Below the pieces are notes generated by a model. The model was not told where the DNA came from, searched no databases, and saw only the letters and a list, made by a program, of their open reading frames with translations. Source: an uncultured Pirellulales bacterium (GTDB lineage: Bacteria > Planctomycetota > Phycisphaerae > Sedimentisphaerales > Anaerobacaceae). From it: 64,000 nt of DNA. Each line of letters starts with the position of its first letter. The first letter of the stretch is position 1. Where the stretch lies: the NCBI GenBank assembly GCA_964387605.1, contig CAYLYB010000001.1, positions 15,960 through 79,959 of the forward strand, read 5' to 3'. Shown one piece after another: positions 47,681 to 57,108 of this stretch. A program made the position numbers and the translations under genes.

Positions 47681-48817
47681 TTATATCTGTTCCATGGCTT
47701 TCAGGTAGAATCCGTGTAAAGATTCGACTATTTTTTTGTCATTGAACTCATTCTTAACACGTTCGAGTCCGGCTGCGCCCATTTTGGCGCTTAATTCCTT
47801 GTTTCCTATAAGCAACTTTATTTTTTCTGCAATACGGTCGGTATCGCCGAGAGGGATAAGATATCCTGTTTCTCCATTCAAAACAAGCTCCTGCGTGCCG
47901 AGGACATCCGTCGCGATTACGGGCTTCTGTAAGGCCATAGCTTCCATTAGGGATCTTGGAATTCCCTCTTTCTCTGAACATAAAATAATGATATCGCATG
48001 CGAGGATTAAACCGAACGCTCGTGAACTTCGGCCCACCATACGAACGTGGTCGCCTAATCCTGATTCTGCCACTTCCGATTTAAGCTTTTCTTCCAGTAT
48101 CCCCCCACCGGCCACTACGCAGGAAACCTCAACGCCGTCTTTAATTAATTTGTTTGTGACCTTTAAAAAATCAGGTATTCGTTTTACCGGTTCCAGACGA
48201 CCAAGCGACAATAGTCTTATACCACGACCGGGATAGTCGTTGTTCGCCTCTTTGAATTGTATTTGGGCCTGTTGTTCCACAAATTCAACGTCTACGCCGT
48301 TACCCTCGTAGGTTACTTTGTTCTCTGAGCCCATGAGGTCAATACAAGCGCGAATATCACGCTTGTTCTGACTGAATATGTGGCTTCTGAAACGGCACGC
48401 GGTTTTTTCGAGGAATCTGTAAATTTGAAATGTTCCTTTGCGTTGACCTTCAAAGAATGGCAGACCATGATATGTATGAAAGATTAAGGGAACTCGCGCC
48501 ATTGTTCCGGCAATAGCTGTTATGAAGCCTGCCTTGGCGGTGTGAGAGTGAACAATATCGAACTTCTCGCGCCTCAGCACGGAGCAGAGATTCCATACAC
48601 TTTTTAAATCGGACCATGGCTTGATATTCCTCGATATCTCCACGGATATGTGCCTCACTGGGGATTCTTTGGTTGTTTCGCCTGTCGGGGCCGACGATAT
48701 CACGGACACATCCAAATCACTATATTTGCTTAACGCATTTAGTTTGGAATAGAGTATCGAAATCACGGAATTGTATGCAGTTATCACGTGTGCTATTCGA
48801 ATTTTTTGGCTTTTCAT
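47681..48817 (-). CDS. GT4-family glycosyltransferase
   Basis: MKSQKIRIAHVI start and the C-terminal EGIPRSLMEAMALQKPVIATDVLGTQELV (E-x7-E region). The start at 48817 avoids overlap with the upstream gene. Confidence 0.85.
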   Translation of the reverse strand: MKSQKIRIAHVITAYNSVISILYSKLNALSKYSDLDVSVISSAPTGETTKESPVRHISVEISRNIKPWSDLKSVWNLCSVLRREKFDIVHSHTAKAGFITAIAGTMARVPLIFHTYHGLPFFEGQRKGTFQIYRFLEKTACRFRSHIFSQNKRDIRACIDLMGSENKVTYEGNGVDVEFVEQQAQIQFKEANNDYPGRGIRLLSLGRLEPVKRIPDFLKVTNKLIKDGVEVSCVVAGGGILEEKLKSEVAESGLGDHVRMVGRSSRAFGLILACDIIILCSEKEGIPRSLMEAMALQKPVIATDVLGTQELVLNGETGYLIPLGDTDRIAEKIKLLIGNKELSAKMGAAGLERVKNEFNDKKIVESLHGFYLKAMEQI

Positions 48818-48833
48818 AATCGTCTTTTTGATC

Positions 48834-50336
48834 TCAGTCCACAAAAGGTTGTGATGTTCTCTTTTTGAGAACTCTCGCGGGTACGCCTGCGACAATTTCC
48901 ATTTCGCCAACGTTTTTTGTAACGACTGCACCAGCACCAATAACAGCCCCACTGCCTATAGTTACACCTCCAAGAATTTTTGCTCCAGCCCCAATCCACA
49001 CGTTGTCTTCGATCACCACCTTTTTGTGAATACAAGGAGCATCTTTGATAGGTCGGTCGGAGTAACGATAGTCGTGTTCAAAACTTATTATCGATACGCC
49101 ATGGGCTATACTAACATCGCTGCCGATCTTTATGTCGCCTTGGGCGTCAATGTAACAAAGCGGGTGTATGCTTATGTTATCACCCAGAGAGGCACGTTCG
49201 GGATAAATAAAAAACACGGAATCGTGTATCGAAATATTGTCTCCGCATTGTTTGGCAAGACGCTTTACTAAAACATAGCGTATACCCATTCCGATATGGC
49301 CACGTAGATAGCGTGTTCGTACTAAGAACCATTTACATAGGCGGATTGGCAATAATTTAAAAAATCCGATAAGTAGCGAAAACGCGGGTTTAAAGATTTT
49401 AAATATGTCCCTGCCTCTGTGATACCGATAGCGTTGATTTTTCATCTCGTTTCCCTTATCAGGACTGTGTCGCATAGAAAATAACTTGCGGCTATACTTG
49501 ACCAAGTCTTTGATTAATCTACTTGTTGAGCCACCATACTTCGCGCGCCAGTATAAAAGAAAAAGATATTGGATCGGTTCGGGGCACGATGAGAATAATT
49601 TTATCCGACGATAACGCAATAATTCTGGTGTTGATTTTAGGACTTCATGACGAGCGTTGAGTTTTCGCCAAATTCTTTCGCGGACATTGTGCCCAGTTAT
49701 CAAACTACTGGTATTGGCCGAGTGTATTCTATATCCCATCAATGGCTCGATTATGTGATATGCTGAGCTGCAATTAATGAGCCGAAGGAAAAATTCATAG
49801 TCTTCTCCTCCTCTCAGGCCTTCATTCATATAACCTGCCTCTGAAACCAGCGACCTGCGGAAAAGAACGCTGCTTGTAGGAATCATGTGGTTCTTAAAAA
49901 GCACATCGATGCGGGGATGTTCCGGATAGTATTTCGAAAGCGGCGTAGGCCGGCCGTGTTCAGGAGCTTCTGGCGGACGCCATCTGTAACCATTAGTATA
50001 AACAAAACCCACAGCTTTTTCCGCATCCAGCACCTTCACCTGCTTTTCAAGTTTGCTCTCGAACCAGATATCATCAGCGTCGAGAAATGCGATGTACTCA
50101 CCCCGCGCCTCCTTCATCCCGCGATTTCTGGCTGCTGCCGGGCCGGCGTTGTCCTGCCGAAGAAGATGTATCGTAACGTCATATCGCTTGAGCACATCGG
50201 CGATATTGTCGCTGCCGCCATCGTCTACAACGATTATATCAAAATTTTTGAAGGTCTGAGATATAACAGAATCTATGGCATCGACGATTAGACCGGCACT
50301 ATTGTAGCATGGAATTATGACGCTGACTTTTGGCAT
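48834..50336 (-). CDS. GT2 glycosyltransferase fused to a C-terminal hexapeptide-repeat (LbH) acetyltransferase
   Basis: N-terminal VSVIIPCYNS...VVDDGGSDN and the DADD motif. A hydrophobic linker follows. The C-terminus has left-handed beta-helix repeats (IGSDVSIAHGVSII, IEDNVWIGAGAKILGGVTIGSGAVIGAGAVV). Confidence 0.85.
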   Translation of the reverse strand: MPKVSVIIPCYNSAGLIVDAIDSVISQTFKNFDIIVVDDGGSDNIADVLKRYDVTIHLLRQDNAGPAAARNRGMKEARGEYIAFLDADDIWFESKLEKQVKVLDAEKAVGFVYTNGYRWRPPEAPEHGRPTPLSKYYPEHPRIDVLFKNHMIPTSSVLFRRSLVSEAGYMNEGLRGGEDYEFFLRLINCSSAYHIIEPLMGYRIHSANTSSLITGHNVRERIWRKLNARHEVLKSTPELLRYRRIKLFSSCPEPIQYLFLLYWRAKYGGSTSRLIKDLVKYSRKLFSMRHSPDKGNEMKNQRYRYHRGRDIFKIFKPAFSLLIGFFKLLPIRLCKWFLVRTRYLRGHIGMGIRYVLVKRLAKQCGDNISIHDSVFFIYPERASLGDNISIHPLCYIDAQGDIKIGSDVSIAHGVSIISFEHDYRYSDRPIKDAPCIHKKVVIEDNVWIGAGAKILGGVTIGSGAVIGAGAVVTKNVGEMEIVAGVPARVLKKRTSQPFVD

Positions 50337-50338
50337 AA
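50299..50338. repeat. 40-nt exact repeat, copy 1 (5' end of the GT2-LbH gene plus 2 nt upstream)
   Basis: ctattgtagcatggaattatgacgctgacttttggcataa is identical to 51284-51323. Degenerate similarity continues ~25 nt into the upstream leader. Confidence 0.9.
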
Positions 50339-50436
50339 GGAAAGTCCGGCTCGACGCGATTGGTCAGGAAATCACTCTTTTTTCTGGATAGCAATAGGAT
50401 TAGATTTTTGCTGTTTTCATTGGCTAACGCAACCAG

Positions 50437-51321
50437 CTACCGAATTGGAAGCAGCCTGGTGCCGTATCTTAACAAATCACCTAACAGCTTTTTCTTGGAG
50501 CGGTCGTATTTGATTCTCCAGTATAGCAGCATAAGATACTGAACGAACACAGGCATTTTTTCAAACAGCACAATACTGGGAGGTAGCTTGCCTCCAAGTC
50601 TTCTAATATTTTGCAGGGCGATGTTTCGGGCACGCAGCTTAATGGACAGTCTTCGACGAACATTCTCGCGGGTTATGGCGCTAGATGTGTTTTTCCCGTG
50701 CCGGCGGTATATCATGAGTATTTCATCGATGAAGTAAACCGGAGCGAACGCACTGATGCGGGCGAAGAACTCATAATCCTGCCCTTCACGAAGCGGTTTG
50801 GATTCGTCTAAACCGCCGACTTTTTCCCATATATCGCGAGATACTACGGCGCTGCTGGTGGCTACTGGCCCCGCCTTGAAGAGATATTCAAATACCTTGC
50901 TTCTGCGACTGGACGTATATGGCTTGGATATGCTAAGCTGCATACGGTCCTCCTGCCCTATGGTACGTATGAAACCGCTGCAGTATACCAGACCGACGTC
51001 GGGATGCTGCTCAAAAACAGCTACCTGTTTTTCGAGCTTTTCAGGGAGCCAGATATCATCTGCATCGAGACTGGCAATATACTTCCCCGAAGAAACACGA
51101 AAACCGTGATTGCGGGCCGCGGAAATATGGCTGTTTTCCTGATGTACATATTTCACCGCATCACCGTAGCTTTCAATCACCTCTCGTGAGTTATCAGTGC
51201 TGCCGTCGTCCACGACTATAATTTCATAGTCCTTGTACGTCTGAGCCAATACGGAATCGATGGCATCCGCTATAAGCTCGGCGCTATTGTAGCATGGAAT
51301 TATGACGCTGACTTTTGGCAT
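50437..51321 (-). CDS. GT2 glycosyltransferase (paralog of the N-terminal half of 48834-50336)
   Basis: Contains VSVIIPCYNS...VVDDGSTDN and a DADD motif. It is colinear with its neighbour along its whole length. Confidence 0.88.
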   Translation of the reverse strand: MPKVSVIIPCYNSAELIADAIDSVLAQTYKDYEIIVVDDGSTDNSREVIESYGDAVKYVHQENSHISAARNHGFRVSSGKYIASLDADDIWLPEKLEKQVAVFEQHPDVGLVYCSGFIRTIGQEDRMQLSISKPYTSSRRSKVFEYLFKAGPVATSSAVVSRDIWEKVGGLDESKPLREGQDYEFFARISAFAPVYFIDEILMIYRRHGKNTSSAITRENVRRRLSIKLRARNIALQNIRRLGGKLPPSIVLFEKMPVFVQYLMLLYWRIKYDRSKKKLLGDLLRYGTRLLPIR

Positions 51322-51323
51322 AA
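51284..51323. repeat. 40-nt exact repeat, copy 2 (5' end of the GT2 gene plus 2 nt upstream)
   Basis: Identical to 50299-50338. Confidence 0.9.
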
Positions 51324-51348
51324 AGAAAACCAGCTTCGACCTGGTTGC

Positions 51349-52518
51349 TCAATGTGTTACCTTATCTTTTAGATAGCGATAGAATTCGATTTTTCTTTGT
51401 CGCAACGTCTCTGCCGAATAGGCCTTTGCGGTTTCGTAATTTCTTTTACTCATCTCGGTGAGTCGCTCGGGGCTACTCAGGACATCATATATCTTATCAG
51501 CAAGCAAATCATCTCTCTGCATCGGCGCCAAGTCTTCGGAGGCAATTACCTCCGGGATACCGCCGACATTTGTTGCTATTACTGGCAGTGCGCAGGCAAT
51601 CGCCTCTAAAACGGCACGGGGCATTCCCTCACTGACCGAGTTCAGAATAAAAAGATCAGCCTCATAAAGCTTGTCGAACAAGGCCGGCCCCCACGCGACA
51701 AAACCATAGAACCTTACTTTGTCCGAAATACCGAGCTGACCGGCAAGTTTATTCATTTCTTCCAGCAAGGGACCTCTCCCAAGCCATTCCAACCGCCAGT
51801 TCGGAAAGCGCTTATTCAACCGTGCACACGCGCGAAGAAGACCGGCAGGATTTTTTTGCGCCTGTACATTGCCAATGCTTACAAGTTTGAAAAGTGCCTG
51901 ATGGGCGGGCCACGTCCTTGGTTGTCTGTATATATCCAAAGAAACCCTGTTGTCGCTTAATACTAATGCAGGGCAGTTATTTCGGGGCTTGTATTTGTCG
52001 TTTAGATACCCGGCGACGGCCAAAACGGCCAGGGGTTTGCTTAGCTGAAGTCTTAAATTAAGACGCGAGATGAATGCTATAAGTCTTGCAAAGTGAGTTC
52101 TGCGGAGTTTGAGATAACCAACGTTCATACTCTGGTCGCCTCGAAGTTCTATCGAATACGGTATACTGTAAAACCTAAGCCAGAACCACATTAAAATGGA
52201 GCAGATGCCGGGTGCGTGAAGGTGCCACAGGTCTGCCTGGCGGCAGGCGCGTCGAGCGGCGAAAAACATACGTGGAAGTTTTTTTAGAAGTGAAAAGAAA
52301 CCCTTGAAATCGGGACATTCGACGAACTTCACGCCCTCGATTGACACGAGTTTAAAAGAGGGAGTAGTCTTGTCCGTATATATGACCTTGTCAAACAACA
52401 CAACTCTGTCGAATACTTCCAAACACTCCTTCCACATATCACCGTGGTAGGAGGTTATCGTGTAGTATTTTTCGCCGACTCGGTAATACCTTGGCCCTGC
52501 CACGACACCAAGTATCAT
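51349..52518 (-). CDS. GT4-family glycosyltransferase
   Basis: C-terminal SEGMPRAVLEAIACALPVIATNVGGIPEVI (E-x7-E region). Confidence 0.85.
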   Translation of the reverse strand: MILGVVAGPRYYRVGEKYYTITSYHGDMWKECLEVFDRVVLFDKVIYTDKTTPSFKLVSIEGVKFVECPDFKGFFSLLKKLPRMFFAARRACRQADLWHLHAPGICSILMWFWLRFYSIPYSIELRGDQSMNVGYLKLRRTHFARLIAFISRLNLRLQLSKPLAVLAVAGYLNDKYKPRNNCPALVLSDNRVSLDIYRQPRTWPAHQALFKLVSIGNVQAQKNPAGLLRACARLNKRFPNWRLEWLGRGPLLEEMNKLAGQLGISDKVRFYGFVAWGPALFDKLYEADLFILNSVSEGMPRAVLEAIACALPVIATNVGGIPEVIASEDLAPMQRDDLLADKIYDVLSSPERLTEMSKRNYETAKAYSAETLRQRKIEFYRYLKDKVTH

Positions 52519-52569
52519 TTTGCGTTCCTTAAAAAAGTCCCGTTTTTGTCATCATGCCGCGTCAATATG

Positions 52570-54135
52570 TTATTTTTCGATGAGAATTACGCGGTCGCTG
52601 GCCCACCACAATACTGGAACGGCCACTATAAGTAGTCTGGCGGCGGACCAGGTAAGCAGACGCATATCGCCCAGAATGAAACCGGCGCTCATTCCAAAGG
52701 CAATCGCATACATAAAATGGCCGATGTCTAAAATAGGTCGCTTTATAAAATATGCTTTCAGTCGCCCAAGAATATAGCCGTAGAAAAGCGAACTCAACCA
52801 AACCCCTAAATTGCCGAAGTTTACGTAACCCTCAGCCCAAAGCCCACCTACCGGAGCTGCTATCGTTCTTCCTTGCGACTGCCACTTGTTATATGTTCCT
52901 TGCCCATATACGGCATCGATACTTAATTTTGCCATGCCCGGGTCTTTATTATGATAGATGAATTTTGGAATCGGCTGTAAAAGTGCCCCTAAGTACGTCG
53001 CACCGTATTGAAAGTCTATATTTCCTTCTGGCTCAAGCTCCTGTTTGTACACTAACCATGTGTGGTACCGTGCGAAATCACCCGTAAGGGTTGATCTTAG
53101 GTCCTTATTCCAGCGTTCCCCAGCCGCTCTGCGGTAAGATGGATTGAAGAATATTTGCCCAAGGTTCTCATAATTTTCGAATCGGGCAATTTTGTAGGCG
53201 GTCATGAAGGGCACGCCCACGATTACAATTATTGCCAGTTTCCACATAGGTATCGGTCTGATCAGATACGCATACAGGCATAAGCCCCATATCGGGAACA
53301 CGATCATGTGAAATCGCGAACCGCGGTAAAAATTCAAGAATATCATTAGAGCTGATGCGGCTGTGAGCCCTATGATCATCGACAGCTTCCATGTTAATAT
53401 GGTTTCAGTCGTGTATTTCTGTATCATCCAGCAATAAAGCAGCATCAGAATGCCTATATTGCCCGCATCCGCAGCCACTAATATAGTTCCGACGAAATAT
53501 CTTATGAACAATGGAAGACTATAGATGTCTGCATTTACTATGACGAAGAAGTATAAATATCGTGCCGCCAGCCCCAATACAATCAATACCGCCGCTATGG
53601 TACGTAATCGGCCGATATTGACCTGTCGATATTTTGTTAGTGGCTTGTTGCGTCGGCGTAAGCCATATTTGTAGCCGATATATAGCAGAGGCACAATGGG
53701 CAGAGCAGACCATGCCACATAGTTGGTTAAGGATTCTATGTCTATGAGCGGACCTCCAGCGCTATGATAATAGGAATTTAGCAGAATCAGAGGTGCCAAA
53801 ACAATAGCGTTAAGCCCTATATAGCATACCCCCAGCCAGATATCGAAGACATCTCGATATCCAAATAGGCATAATACGATAGGAGGTACTACAAAGCATG
53901 CAGTCAGCGTTATTGGTACTATTGCCAAGACATAGCATCCATCTACTGTCAAAGCCACAATGGCACCAGCCAGAAGAACGAAAGGAATGCTTATTGTTAT
54001 TATAGTGCGCTCGGTCGATGAGTCAGTGGTTCGTAAGGGTTGCGGAAAGTTAATCGGCAATTCATAAGATATCTCTTCTTGTGAATAGTCATAGCTTTCA
54101 GCCATACTGTTCATTTCCATTTGCTGCCTGTCCAT
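52570..54135 (-). CDS. polytopic membrane protein, probable Wzy-type repeat-unit polymerase
   Basis: More than 10 predicted TM helices and no transporter motifs. It sits between the flippase and the glycosyltransferases. The functional assignment rests on context. Confidence 0.55.
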   Translation of the reverse strand: MDRQQMEMNSMAESYDYSQEEISYELPINFPQPLRTTDSSTERTIITISIPFVLLAGAIVALTVDGCYVLAIVPITLTACFVVPPIVLCLFGYRDVFDIWLGVCYIGLNAIVLAPLILLNSYYHSAGGPLIDIESLTNYVAWSALPIVPLLYIGYKYGLRRRNKPLTKYRQVNIGRLRTIAAVLIVLGLAARYLYFFVIVNADIYSLPLFIRYFVGTILVAADAGNIGILMLLYCWMIQKYTTETILTWKLSMIIGLTAASALMIFLNFYRGSRFHMIVFPIWGLCLYAYLIRPIPMWKLAIIVIVGVPFMTAYKIARFENYENLGQIFFNPSYRRAAGERWNKDLRSTLTGDFARYHTWLVYKQELEPEGNIDFQYGATYLGALLQPIPKFIYHNKDPGMAKLSIDAVYGQGTYNKWQSQGRTIAAPVGGLWAEGYVNFGNLGVWLSSLFYGYILGRLKAYFIKRPILDIGHFMYAIAFGMSAGFILGDMRLLTWSAARLLIVAVPVLWWASDRVILIEK

Positions 54136-54137
54136 AT

Positions 54138-55397
54138 CTAAGAAGTGATAGTTGTGTTTTTCGCAGATGCCTCTTTAGGGATTTTTCTCAGGGACAGCCC
54201 AATAGCTACGAGGAAAATCAAGCTGTGGATCGCTGTGACGATGACGTTTGCCCATGCTGCCCCTACGATGCCGTATTGTGGGATCAGTAAGTAACAGCTT
54301 ATCAGCGTGGCAATCAAGATAATAACATATATAGCCATATGCCACCGAAACTTCCGCGTAGCTGTGAAAGATGCACTACCCATAGAAACAAAAAACGCGA
54401 AACCAGCACCTATAGCTCCGATAAACAGTATATTCCAGTGTTCCGCGTATTCTGGCCGATAAACGACACCAAGAGCCCATTTGCCGAAGAGCCAGCACAT
54501 CATAATTATAAACACGGACGATACCATTGCTATTAAAAGCAATATCAGGAATAAGCGAACAAATCGTTTACGGCTTTCGACAAAAAATTTCGCTAATCTT
54601 GCTATCGAAGCGGTTGACATTGCTTCCATTGGCAGCAGCATTGCTTGTAGAAGGAATGCTATGGCTGAGTAGTACCCAAGCATATCTTCTCCGCAGTAAT
54701 CCGCGAGGAGGTATCTCGGTATGTTGGTCCGAAGACTCATTACTCCCATCACAACAGCCAGAGGAAATGTTTTAGCCACGAGTTTCCACAGTCTGCTTGG
54801 ACTAAAGACAGGTCGAAACGGGCCGAATTTCGCGGCTCGAATCCGGTCATATGTCAGAAGAACCGTTATTGAGCAGAAGGTCCTGGCCATAACCGAAAGT
54901 AACAGATTTCGCGTCCATAGCAATAAGAGAACAAACACACTCAGACCAGTGAATCCTCGGAGAACAGACGACAGTGCTGCTATATCCATTCGATCGTGTA
55001 ATTGGTAACGTCCAGTGAATATCGAGCATGTGTCCTCAATAAGTTTGTGTAGCGTAATCCAGATTATCAATGCGCTCAAGGTCAGTGGGTATCCACGCAG
55101 CAACACGATACCAGTAACGATTCCCAGCACTGGCACGTATCCCAGCAGGCGAAGCCCAACATACTCGCCAAACTCGTATTCACCCATAGCGTCGCTGGCA
55201 AGTGCTACGCGAAGATTCATTCCTGTGAACAGCACTATTGGTGCAGATATGGCAAGGGCAAGAGCGAACTGTCCGACCTGCTCCACATCTGCTATCTTTG
55301 CTATCGTAACTAATACCATCCACTGGCAAGCCGAGTAGAAGCCGATTCCGCCTAATGTCCATAGAAAGTTGTAGCGAAGCCGTAGTCCCTTTTGCAT
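54138..55397 (-). CDS. wzx: Wzx-type oligosaccharide flippase (MOP superfamily)
   Basis: About 12 TM helices and an N-terminal LRYNFLWTLGG pattern typical of polysaccharide biosynthesis (PST) proteins. It ends 2 nt before the polymerase-like gene starts. Confidence 0.75.
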   Translation of the reverse strand: MQKGLRLRYNFLWTLGGIGFYSACQWMVLVTIAKIADVEQVGQFALALAISAPIVLFTGMNLRVALASDAMGEYEFGEYVGLRLLGYVPVLGIVTGIVLLRGYPLTLSALIIWITLHKLIEDTCSIFTGRYQLHDRMDIAALSSVLRGFTGLSVFVLLLLWTRNLLLSVMARTFCSITVLLTYDRIRAAKFGPFRPVFSPSRLWKLVAKTFPLAVVMGVMSLRTNIPRYLLADYCGEDMLGYYSAIAFLLQAMLLPMEAMSTASIARLAKFFVESRKRFVRLFLILLLIAMVSSVFIIMMCWLFGKWALGVVYRPEYAEHWNILFIGAIGAGFAFFVSMGSASFTATRKFRWHMAIYVIILIATLISCYLLIPQYGIVGAAWANVIVTAIHSLIFLVAIGLSLRKIPKEASAKNTTITS

Positions 55398-55450
55398 TTT
55401 TAAACCACTATAGTAAATATAGAATGATGTTGACGGCCAACAGACGTTAT

Positions 55451-57010
55451 CTACTGGGCCATGTTCTGTTTGTGTGTGGCACTTTTAGTATAATACTGTT
55501 CTTGCCGATCATTGAGTTTTTGGTAGTATTGTAATATGTCATCGGGAGGCGTTTTTGGCCAAACCGGATTGCCCTTGCTGTCAACTCTGTAATGAGCCCA
55601 CCATCGCTCACGGTTGTTGATTTCGAGCATCTGGCCATAAATCTGCTCAGTTGTTATTGACTTGGGCTTCTTGTCTGCTTTAATCATCCCGATAGTGTTA
55701 CTTATCCCATATTTACGAACTTGAAATTGAATGTATGGGTCGTTAAAATCCCTGAAGGGGACACCTTCGCCGTATAACACGTAATCACAAATTGCATCTA
55801 TATTCGGTGCTGTAGTTACTGCATTTCTGTCACCGCTGCCATGAAAGAAAAGGATTCCTTCAGGGCCGACGAGCTGTCTCATTCTTCTTATAAGTTCGTA
55901 GTTTTTTATTCTGTCATGTTTGGCGAGTAAATTCAGGCCCTGTTTCCAATCCTGATACAGGCAGTCGATGTAGAAGCCGTCGATATTATATTGTCTGAAT
56001 GTGTCAGCAATCTCTTCAAAAAACGCATTGTCGTCAGGCATTTTATAGTGAAATAAGGCAGAAACATATATTATAACTTTCATACCCATGCTATGAGCAG
56101 TGCTTACGACGCGTCTCAACTCCTCTGGTCTCTTAGGAGTATAAGGTCCCACGGCGGGCCATCTGTACGGCTCCCGGCCGGGAAATTTGAAAATGTTGTC
56201 GGACCCGGCTCTTTTTCCGGCATAGAACCCGCCATTAAACAGGAGTATAACGTTTACATATTCTTTCCACGCCCGAATTGTCGCATCGTCAACCAACTGA
56301 CCGGTGGAGACGCCGTCTTTCGTAAAACCATTGCAGACAACCACCCTGTCCCTGAATGATTGCTCCCAGTTGAATTGCCTCGGCGGGAAAACGCCTATCA
56401 TCATCCGCTGGTTTTTTGAGAAAACGTAATTGATTTGCCAGTTCTTTTGATTTGTATTTGACTGAATTACTTCATAACCTGCTTCATAGCGCTGCGGGTA
56501 AAGTGTTACGCCGCCTTTAATGTCGGCGATGAAGAATTCGCCTTTGAGCCGACCGGCGTATTCGGGCAGAAAGTTCCCCAGACAACCGATACGGAGATTA
56601 TCCCGTTTGGGGGCCAGAATGCACACTGAATCGCCGTAGATACCCAGAAAGAAATCTTTTGCCTCGAATAACACATGGTCCGGAGTATTCACCCGCATTT
56701 GTATTTCTTGTGGACCAGAGCCAAAGGTAATCTGGGCTAAAAGCCGTTCAGCACCGATTAGTTGATGAAGTTTCAAGGTAGCATTTTCCTTTTCGAATAT
56801 GAAATCAGCCCCTGTTGTTGTAATGCGGAAGCCGAAATCATATTCCTTGACGAACTTTATCCACATTCCATACTCAGCACTACTGCCTCGAACGTATACT
56901 GAGTTTATATCTGTTTCCGTAGCCGGAGATACGGTTGTTATGCATAGCACATACCCCAGCACGAGAGAAGCTGTCATTGGTTTACGTTGATTTTGTATAT
57001 TCACGAGCAA
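55451..57010 (-). CDS. putative secreted TIM-barrel glycoside hydrolase-like protein (GH114/DUF4015-like)
   Basis: HSMGMKVIIYVSALF and NIDGFYIDCLY resemble beta-strand 4/5 segments of polysaccharide-hydrolase TIM barrels. An alternative ATG at 56977 gives a signal-like N-terminus. The family call is weak. Confidence 0.45.
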   Translation of the reverse strand: MLVNIQNQRKPMTASLVLGYVLCITTVSPATETDINSVYVRGSSAEYGMWIKFVKEYDFGFRITTTGADFIFEKENATLKLHQLIGAERLLAQITFGSGPQEIQMRVNTPDHVLFEAKDFFLGIYGDSVCILAPKRDNLRIGCLGNFLPEYAGRLKGEFFIADIKGGVTLYPQRYEAGYEVIQSNTNQKNWQINYVFSKNQRMMIGVFPPRQFNWEQSFRDRVVVCNGFTKDGVSTGQLVDDATIRAWKEYVNVILLFNGGFYAGKRAGSDNIFKFPGREPYRWPAVGPYTPKRPEELRRVVSTAHSMGMKVIIYVSALFHYKMPDDNAFFEEIADTFRQYNIDGFYIDCLYQDWKQGLNLLAKHDRIKNYELIRRMRQLVGPEGILFFHGSGDRNAVTTAPNIDAICDYVLYGEGVPFRDFNDPYIQFQVRKYGISNTIGMIKADKKPKSITTEQIYGQMLEINNRERWWAHYRVDSKGNPVWPKTPPDDILQYYQKLNDRQEQYYTKSATHKQNMAQ

Positions 57011-57108
57011 TTTATTATTAGATACAGATTGCTATCAAGTCTATACTGATACCTGTTTGGTTTGAGATAGTTCCGAATTTGCATGTTTTTATTGAAAAAG
57101 GTCGGTGC

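Noticed and set aside
50337-50360. The motif aaggaaagtccggctcgacg resembles the RNase P RNA CR-I consensus (GAGGAAAGUCCGGGCUC).
   Set aside because: It sits in a 100-nt gap between two glycosyltransferase genes, and there is no room for a ~350-nt RNase P RNA without running through well-supported CDSs. No matching CR-V or pseudoknot partner is visible. The stretch also belongs to the duplicated GT2 leader. I treat it as coincidence.
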